The translations under genes and the position numbers were made by a program. The notes under the pieces were generated by a model. It had not been told where the DNA came from. It saw only the letters and a list, made by a program, of their open reading frames with translations, and ran no database searches. From the NCBI GenBank assembly GCA_946803585.1, contig CAMPEQ010000005.1, positions 10,517-74,516 of the forward strand: DNA of 64,000 bases. Reading direction: 5' to 3'. This DNA is from an uncultured Actinomycetes bacterium. GTDB lineage: Bacteria > Actinomycetota > Actinomycetes > S36-B12 > UBA10799. Shown here one piece after another: positions 58,201 through 64,000 of the stretch; the first letter of the stretch is position 1, and each line of letters begins with the position of its first letter.

Positions 58201-58563
58201 TCAGGCTACGTTGGGATTCGGGTTGTTCTTCTCTTGGGCTTCCCGAGCTGCCTTGATGGCATCCCCTTGGCGGCCGACTCTGATGGCGTAGAACCATACG
58301 ATCGCAAATATGGCGCCGAGAAAGAACATGATCGGGACCAGAAATCCGAGGAGAATCATGATGACTTGAATGACCCAACCGCCGGTCAGTGCCCACCGGT
58401 GCCGACGCTGCGCTGCGGAGAGATAGATAGCCGCAACCACTAGAAAGATCCCGCCGCCAATTCCGACAGCCGGCGAGACCGCGTGCGTTTGAATAGCGAC
58501 CGGAATAACGAGGAGCAAGACAATCGATTCAAAGGCCAAGACGGCTGCGCAAAGGGTCTTCAC
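58201..58563 (-). CDS. DUF4233 family membrane protein
   Basis: 120 aa with 4 TM. Conserved actinobacterial position between folC and ndk. Confidence 0.7.
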   Translation of the reverse strand: MKTLCAAVLAFESIVLLLVIPVAIQTHAVSPAVGIGGGIFLVVAAIYLSAAQRRHRWALTGGWVIQVIMILLGFLVPIMFFLGAIFAIVWFYAIRVGRQGDAIKAAREAQEKNNPNPNVA

Positions 58564-58602
58564 GAACTGTGCTCCAGAATCGAGTAGCAGTGGTGGCCTG
58601 GG

Positions 58603-60108
58603 TTAGGAATCATCGCGGCCCTCGTCGAGGTCATCGTTGGCATCAAAGATACCGTCGACATTCTGTAACGGATCGTTCTCGACTCCCCCGTCATTGACGG
58701 CGTTTCCCTCATCGTCAAGCAATTCCCCTGGGTGAGAGGGAACACGCAACCGCTTGGGTAGCAACATCTTGCGCACGTCCGCGGCAGTAACAACCGATCC
58801 GAGGGCTACCACGGCAGCCGAACCCCACTCCGCGACATCATCGGCTAGGCCCACGGCAACGTCGACGCCCTCCTCGATCTGAGCGCTAGCAAACACGCGA
58901 TCGTCGCCAAAGACATCAATCGCTAGCTCAGCAAGGTCATCTACGTCCATAGACCGAGGTGACGAGTTCCGGGTTACCACAATCGAGTCGAAGCCTGGTT
59001 CAAGTGCAGTGAGCATCCCACGCACATCCTTGTCAGCCACTACCGCGAAGACCGCAATCAGTCGACTGAAGTCGAAGGACTCCGCCAGGGTAGAGACGAT
59101 GGCTCGCGCACCATGTGGGTTGTGAGCGGCATCAATGAAGACCGTCGGACTCGTGCGGACGCGTTCAAGGCGCCCCGGAGAAGTTACCTCGGCCAGTCCA
59201 GCGCTCACTGTCTCTTTATCGAGAGCGCGATCGGCGGATGCCCCCAGGAAACTCTCCACCGCGGCGAGGGCGACTGCAGCATTCGCCGCCTGATGCTCCC
59301 CATGAAGTGGAAGGTATAGCTCCTCGTAATCACCCGAAAGCCCGTGGACGACTACTTGCTGACCGCCCACCGCTAGCGTTCGATCAACGACGGCGAACTC
59401 AACTCCCTCACGAACAGGCTCGATCCCGAGATCTGAGCATCGACTCATCAGCACGGATGCGACCTGGGGGTCTTGTCGAGCGAATACTGCGTTTGCTCCG
59501 GACTTGAGGATTCCGGCCTTCTCCCGAGCGATGTCCTCGATGTTGTCTCCGAGGTAGTCCTGATGATCGAGCCCGATCGGGGTGATCACGCAAACCGCTG
59601 GTTCCACCACGTTAGTGGCATCCCAGGCACCACCCATCCCGCACTCGATGATCATCACGTCGACTGGGGCATCGGCAAAACTAGCGAAGGCCAACGCCGT
59701 CACCGCCTCGAACATGGTCACGGGCGGGGCATGAACCCCCGTAGCTTGATCATCAATCATGCGCAGGAACGGTTGAATCTCCTGATAGCCCTCAGCGAAG
59801 CGCTGTTCGGAGATCGGCTCACCGTCGAGTTGGATCCGATCCGTGATCGACTCCAGGGAGGGGCTGGTATAGAGCCCCGTGCTGAGTCCGTACTCGCGCA
59901 ACAGGCTCTCAATAATTCGCGCGGTACTGGTCTTTCCGTTCGTTCCGGCAACATGAATGACGGGGGCGCACTTCTGCGGCTCACCGAGGAAATCCATCAG
60001 TGCAGTAATGCGTCCAAGTTCGGGAGCAACCTTGTTCTCAGGCCACCGGTTCGCGAGGTCGGAAAGCACATCATCGAAGTCTGAGGGGTCGTCCTGGGTG
60101 CCCGGCAT
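58603..60108 (-). CDS. folC: Folylpolyglutamate synthase / dihydrofolate synthase with an acidic C-terminal tail
   Basis: Mur-ligase P-loop [11 protein letters not shown] with an overall FolC pattern. The last ~60 aa are D/E/N-rich. Confidence 0.9.
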   Translation of the reverse strand: MPGTQDDPSDFDDVLSDLANRWPENKVAPELGRITALMDFLGEPQKCAPVIHVAGTNGKTSTARIIESLLREYGLSTGLYTSPSLESITDRIQLDGEPISEQRFAEGYQEIQPFLRMIDDQATGVHAPPVTMFEAVTALAFASFADAPVDVMIIECGMGGAWDATNVVEPAVCVITPIGLDHQDYLGDNIEDIAREKAGILKSGANAVFARQDPQVASVLMSRCSDLGIEPVREGVEFAVVDRTLAVGGQQVVVHGLSGDYEELYLPLHGEHQAANAAVALAAVESFLGASADRALDKETVSAGLAEVTSPGRLERVRTSPTVFIDAAHNPHGARAIVSTLAESFDFSRLIAVFAVVADKDVRGMLTALEPGFDSIVVTRNSSPRSMDVDDLAELAIDVFGDDRVFASAQIEEGVDVAVGLADDVAEWGSAAVVALGSVVTAADVRKMLLPKRLRVPSHPGELLDDEGNAVNDGGVENDPLQNVDGIFDANDDLDEGRDDS

Positions 60109-60176
60109 ACAGTCAGTCTAGGGATTGGCTTTTGGCGCCTGAAAGCGGTCGGGCACCCTTCATTAGGATGACCCAC

Positions 60177-62735
60177 ATGACCGACGATGCAACAGCGCGT
60201 TCCGCCATGCCCGAAAAGCCCTCACTCGATGGAATCGAGAGTAAATGGGCAACGGTGTGGCGCGAGAACGGCACGTACACCTTCGACCGCAGCAAGACCC
60301 GTGATGAGGTCTACTCGATCGATACCCCACCGCCTACGGTGAGTGGATCGCTACACGTTGGCCATGTCTTCAGCTACACCCACACAGACACCATCGCGCG
60401 CTACCAACGGATGCGTGGTCGTGAGGTCTTCTACCCAATGGGGTGGGACGACAACGGATTGCCAACCGAGCGGCGGGTGCAGAACTACTTCGGGGTTCGT
60501 TGCGAGCCAACATTGCCCTACGACCCGGACTTCGCCCCACCGGAGAAGCCAGAGAAGAACCAGCTTCCGATCTCGCGCCGCAACTTCATCGAGCTCTGCG
60601 AGCAGTTGACAGTCGAGGACGAGAAGGTCTTTGAGGATCTGTGGCGTCAACTCGGGTTGTCAGTTGACTGGTCACACACTTACCAAACGATTGATGAAGG
60701 GGCCCGCGCGACTTCTCAACGAGCCTTCCTGCGCAACCTCGCCCGTGGTGAGGCTTACCAGGCTGAAGCTCCCACGCTCTGGGACGTCACGTTCCGAACG
60801 GCCGTGGCCCAGGCAGAACTTGAAGACCGCGATCGTCCGGGCGCGTACCACCGGATCGGCTTCCCGCGGGGCGACGGTGGCGATCCGGTGTTCATTGAAA
60901 CCACTCGCCCGGAACTACTAGCAGCCTGCGTCGCGCTCGTCGCCCACCCAGACGATGAGCGCTATCAGCCGCTATTCGGGTCGACGGTCACCTCCCCTGT
61001 GTTCGGCGTCGAGGTCCCTGTCGTTGCCCATCACTTGGCAGATCCGGAGAAGGGCTCCGGAATCGCGATGATCTGTACTTTCGGTGACACCACCGACGTC
61101 ATCTGGTGGCGCGCATTGGACCTCCCGACCCGCCCGATCCTTGGTAGAGACGGTCGCATCATCCGAGAAACCCCTGACTGGATCACCACGACAACCGGGC
61201 GGGAAGCCTACGAACAACTCGCTGGTGCAACCGTCTTCACCGCGAAGGAGCGCACCGTTGGGCTCTTGACCGCCTCAGGCGACCTCGTCGGTGAGCCCAA
61301 GACCATCAGCCATCCGGTCAAGTTCTTCGAGAAGGGCGAGAAGCCCCTTGAGATCGTCACCTCGCGACAGTGGTACATCCGCAATGGCGGTCGGGATGAA
61401 CGACTCCGGGAGGAGTTACTCGCCCGAGGTGCAGATATCGATTGGCACCCACCGCATATGCAGGTTCGCTACCGAAACTGGGTGGAGGGCCTCAACAGCG
61501 ACTGGCTCATCTCGCGGCAACGGTTCTTCGGTGTACCGATTCCGCTGTGGTACCGACTAGACACCGCTGGTGACCCAATCTATGACTCGCCGATCGTTCC
61601 GGACGAGGCGCTGCTACCGGTTGACCCTTCGGCCGAGGCACCAGCGGGATTCGACGAGTCCACCCGCGGGGAGCCGGGCGGGTTTATGGGCGACCCCGAC
61701 ATCATGGATACCTGGGCAACCTCCTCGCTGACCCCCCAGATTGCTGGCGGCTGGGAGCGCGACCCTGACTTGTGGTCGCGGGTGTTCCCGATGGATCTGC
61801 GCCCACAAGCGCACGAGATCATCCGGACGTGGTTGTTCTCTACCGTCGTGCGTGCTGACCTTGAGGACAATTCCTTACCGTGGAAGCACGCGGCGATCAG
61901 TGGTTGGATCCTGGATCCCGACCGTAAGAAGATGAGTAAATCCAAGGGCAACGTTGTCACCCCGGCCGATCTGTTGAGTGAGTACGGCTCCGACGCGGTG
62001 CGCTACTGGGCAGCATCGGGACGGCCGGGAACGGACACCGCCTATGACGTGGGCCAGATGAAGATCGGGCGGCGCCTGTCCATCAAGATTCTCAATGCAT
62101 CCAAGTTTGCGCTGATGCTAGGCGCGCAACGCGACGACGCCGCCATCACCGAACCAATCGACCAAGCCCTGTTAGCGGGGCTACGTCAGGTAGTCGAGAA
62201 CGCGACCGCTGCCTTCGATGACTACAACTACACGAAGGCCCTTGAACTGACCGAGACCTTCTTCTGGTCCTTCTGCGACGACTACATCGAGCTGGTAAAG
62301 GAGCGAGCACACGGAGCCCGCGGAGAAGCGGCCGCTGACTCGGCAAAAGCAACCCTGGCGCTGGCATTGTCGGTCCAACTACGGTTGTTTGCCCCCTTCC
62401 TACCGTTCGTCACTGAAGAGGTCTGGTCGTGGTGGCAGGAAGGACTCGTCCACCAGGCACAGTGGCCCAGCACAGCTGAGCTCACTGCGGCTGGCAGTGG
62501 CGAGTATGCGGTCTTAACCGACGCCGCCATCGTGCTGACAGCGATCAGAAAGGCCAAATCCGAGGCGAAGGTCTCGATGCGTACACCGGTGTCCTCAACG
62601 CAGGTCACCGGTCCGGCGACGGCGGTAGCCAATGCCGAACGAGCAGCTGCAGATCTAGCAGCGGCCGGTAGCGTGGCCGAATTGAGCTTCGCCGCCGATA
62701 GCGGCGAATACCTGATTGCAGCAGTCAGGCTCTAA
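60177..62735 (+). CDS. valS: Valyl-tRNA synthetase
   Basis: HIGH ([11 protein letters not shown]) and KMSKS motifs. Start taken at ATG 60177 with AGGA 8 nt upstream; ATG 60168 and TTG 60132 are alternatives. Confidence 0.97.
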   Translation: MTDDATARSAMPEKPSLDGIESKWATVWRENGTYTFDRSKTRDEVYSIDTPPPTVSGSLHVGHVFSYTHTDTIARYQRMRGREVFYPMGWDDNGLPTERRVQNYFGVRCEPTLPYDPDFAPPEKPEKNQLPISRRNFIELCEQLTVEDEKVFEDLWRQLGLSVDWSHTYQTIDEGARATSQRAFLRNLARGEAYQAEAPTLWDVTFRTAVAQAELEDRDRPGAYHRIGFPRGDGGDPVFIETTRPELLAACVALVAHPDDERYQPLFGSTVTSPVFGVEVPVVAHHLADPEKGSGIAMICTFGDTTDVIWWRALDLPTRPILGRDGRIIRETPDWITTTTGREAYEQLAGATVFTAKERTVGLLTASGDLVGEPKTISHPVKFFEKGEKPLEIVTSRQWYIRNGGRDERLREELLARGADIDWHPPHMQVRYRNWVEGLNSDWLISRQRFFGVPIPLWYRLDTAGDPIYDSPIVPDEALLPVDPSAEAPAGFDESTRGEPGGFMGDPDIMDTWATSSLTPQIAGGWERDPDLWSRVFPMDLRPQAHEIIRTWLFSTVVRADLEDNSLPWKHAAISGWILDPDRKKMSKSKGNVVTPADLLSEYGSDAVRYWAASGRPGTDTAYDVGQMKIGRRLSIKILNASKFALMLGAQRDDAAITEPIDQALLAGLRQVVENATAAFDDYNYTKALELTETFFWSFCDDYIELVKERAHGARGEAAADSAKATLALALSVQLRLFAPFLPFVTEEVWSWWQEGLVHQAQWPSTAELTAAGSGEYAVLTDAAIVLTAIRKAKSEAKVSMRTPVSSTQVTGPATAVANAERAAADLAAAGSVAELSFAADSGEYLIAAVRL

Positions 62736-62832
62736 CAGAAATTTCCGATACAGCCGGTCACAGTTGGCGCGCGGGTGAAGATCGAACCCGGTAAACGTGC
62801 GTCCTCGAGTCAATTGCGAGATTGTCGGGGAC

Positions 62833-64000
62833 ATGACCGATGTCGACGTTGATCTCCATGCTGATGATGTTCCCGAGCCCGCTGATGCGGCCGTTGCCCT
62901 GGATCTGCTTCTGACCGAAGCAGCACTCGGCACTGCCTATCACTTCCGGCCACGAACTGCGACGCTGCGGATGGCCGCCAAACTCGCGACCAAACCCTCG
63001 ACTGTTGCCAAGCGCACCCGAGACCTGGGGACCGAACTAGTACGAATCGCCGCAGGCAAGTCAAGGGTCGCTCCGGACGCCCGCGATCGTCGGTTCGCCG
63101 ACGAGGAGTGGGACGAGAACCCACTACTGCGGCGGGTTCTGCAGAGCTACCTGGCCGCGGGCAAGACCGCCGAGGACCTTCTCTCCGATGCTGAGCTCAG
63201 CTATGACGATCACGAGAAGGCTGAATTCCTCATCCGCAACATCAATGAGGCCCTCGCCCCAAGTAACAGCCCTCTGCTCAACCCGACGGCGATCAAGACT
63301 GCCAAAGCCACCAAAGGCAAGAGCGTCGCCCGTGGGGCCAAGGCGTTTGCCCACGACATGCAGCATGCGCCTCGTCTACCAGAAATGGCTAGTGACGAAG
63401 GCTTCGTCATCGGCGAGAACATTGCGGCCACGGCCGGTTCCGTGGTGCTGCGCACCGAGATGTTCGAACTCATTCAGTATCAGCCCACAGCTAAGACTGT
63501 CTATCGCCATCCACTCATCATCATTCCGCCGATGATCAATAAGTTCTACGCGGTGGACCTGGCTCCAGGCCGAAGCATGGTGGAGTACCTGCTAAGCCAG
63601 GGACAGCAGGTCTTCGTCGTCTCGTGGCGCAACCCCACTGCTGAGAACCGCGACTGGGGGTTCGACGAGTACGGCGCAAGCATCCTTGAGGCCATCGCCG
63701 GAGCCCGAAACGTCACAAACGCCAAGAAGGTCAATCTCTACGCAATGTGTTCTGGCGGCATCGTCACCTCGATGACCCTGGCGCATCTCAAGAAGATCGG
63801 CGAGTCTGACCAGGTCGCTGGACTCGGTCTCGCGGTTGCGGTCCTCGATCAAGACCAAGCAGGGTTGGCGGCAGCGGCCATCGATAGCAAGACCGCAAAG
63901 GCAGCGATTGCGATGTCTGCCTCACGCGGCTATCTAGACGGGCGTCATTTGGCCGAGGCCTTCGCCTGGCTGCGACCAACCGACCTCGTGTGGAGCTACT
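62833..64000 (+). CDS. phaC: Class I poly(R)-hydroxyalkanoate synthase, N-terminal ~389 codons (runs off the right edge)
   Basis: Not in the ORF track because it is edge-truncated. My translation from ATG 62833 has no stop to 64000. It contains DRRFADEEWDENPLL, HPLIIIPPMINKFYAVDLAPGRSMVEYLLSQGQQVFVVSWRNP and the lipase-box-like AMCSGG with the catalytic Cys. An in-frame GTG at 62797 is an alternative start. Confidence 0.85.
   Translation, partial: MTDVDVDLHADDVPEPADAAVALDLLLTEAALGTAYHFRPRTATLRMAAKLATKPSTVAKRTRDLGTELVRIAAGKSRVAPDARDRRFADEEWDENPLLRRVLQSYLAAGKTAEDLLSDAELSYDDHEKAEFLIRNINEALAPSNSPLLNPTAIKTAKATKGKSVARGAKAFAHDMQHAPRLPEMASDEGFVIGENIAATAGSVVLRTEMFELIQYQPTAKTVYRHPLIIIPPMINKFYAVDLAPGRSMVEYLLSQGQQVFVVSWRNPTAENRDWGFDEYGASILEAIAGARNVTNAKKVNLYAMCSGGIVTSMTLAHLKKIGESDQVAGLGLAVAVLDQDQAGLAAAAIDSKTAKAAIAMSASRGYLDGRHLAEAFAWLRPTDLVWSY

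Overview
High-GC Actinomycetota chromosomal segment (GC and codon usage judged by eye, nothing computed, no database searched). I call about 57 protein genes, one tRNA and one pseudogene. Two blocks are conserved housekeeping backbone, almost all on the minus strand. The left block (1-7117) holds comEC (partial), comEA, plsY, degV, leuS and an SGNH hydrolase. The right block (37990-62735) holds a His-phosphatase, rsfS, an LCP protein, nadD, proA, proB, obg, rpmA, rplU, rne, a radical-SAM pair, rodA, pbp2, mreDCB, ndk, DUF4233, folC and valS. Between them lies about 31 kb of mixed-strand accessory modules. These are tRNA-Ala, an orphan type IV pilin fused to an Excalibur Ca-binding domain, an HNH endonuclease remnant, a TetR/ALDH/MFS/self-sufficient CYP102-type P450/SRPBCC cluster, and a glutaminase with STAS and cNMP-binding domains. 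The region also carries a lipoprotein esterase, a Gram-positive-type Tad/Flp pilus locus, an unknown HxD...H protein, cydABDC, and a DosR/DosS-like two-component pair with a CBS (Hrp1-like) gene. The window ends inside a class I PHA synthase gene. comEC and phaC are missing from the supplied ORF track because they run off the window edges, so I translated them by hand. The most unusual items are: (1) the last Tad gene is one 997-codon frame joining a GT-C (GT87/DUF2029-like) membrane glycosyltransferase domain to a TadG-like pilus protein; (2) the pilin-Excalibur fusion; (3) a perfect DosR-type inverted repeat between cydA and the response regulator; (4) a histidine phosphatase whose catalytic RHG motif lies upstream of any ATG/GTG/TTG and is reachable only from a CTG with a strong SD. 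No CRISPR array, integrase, transposase or recognisable defence system was seen. All family assignments are motif recognition from memory and need HMM or structure confirmation.
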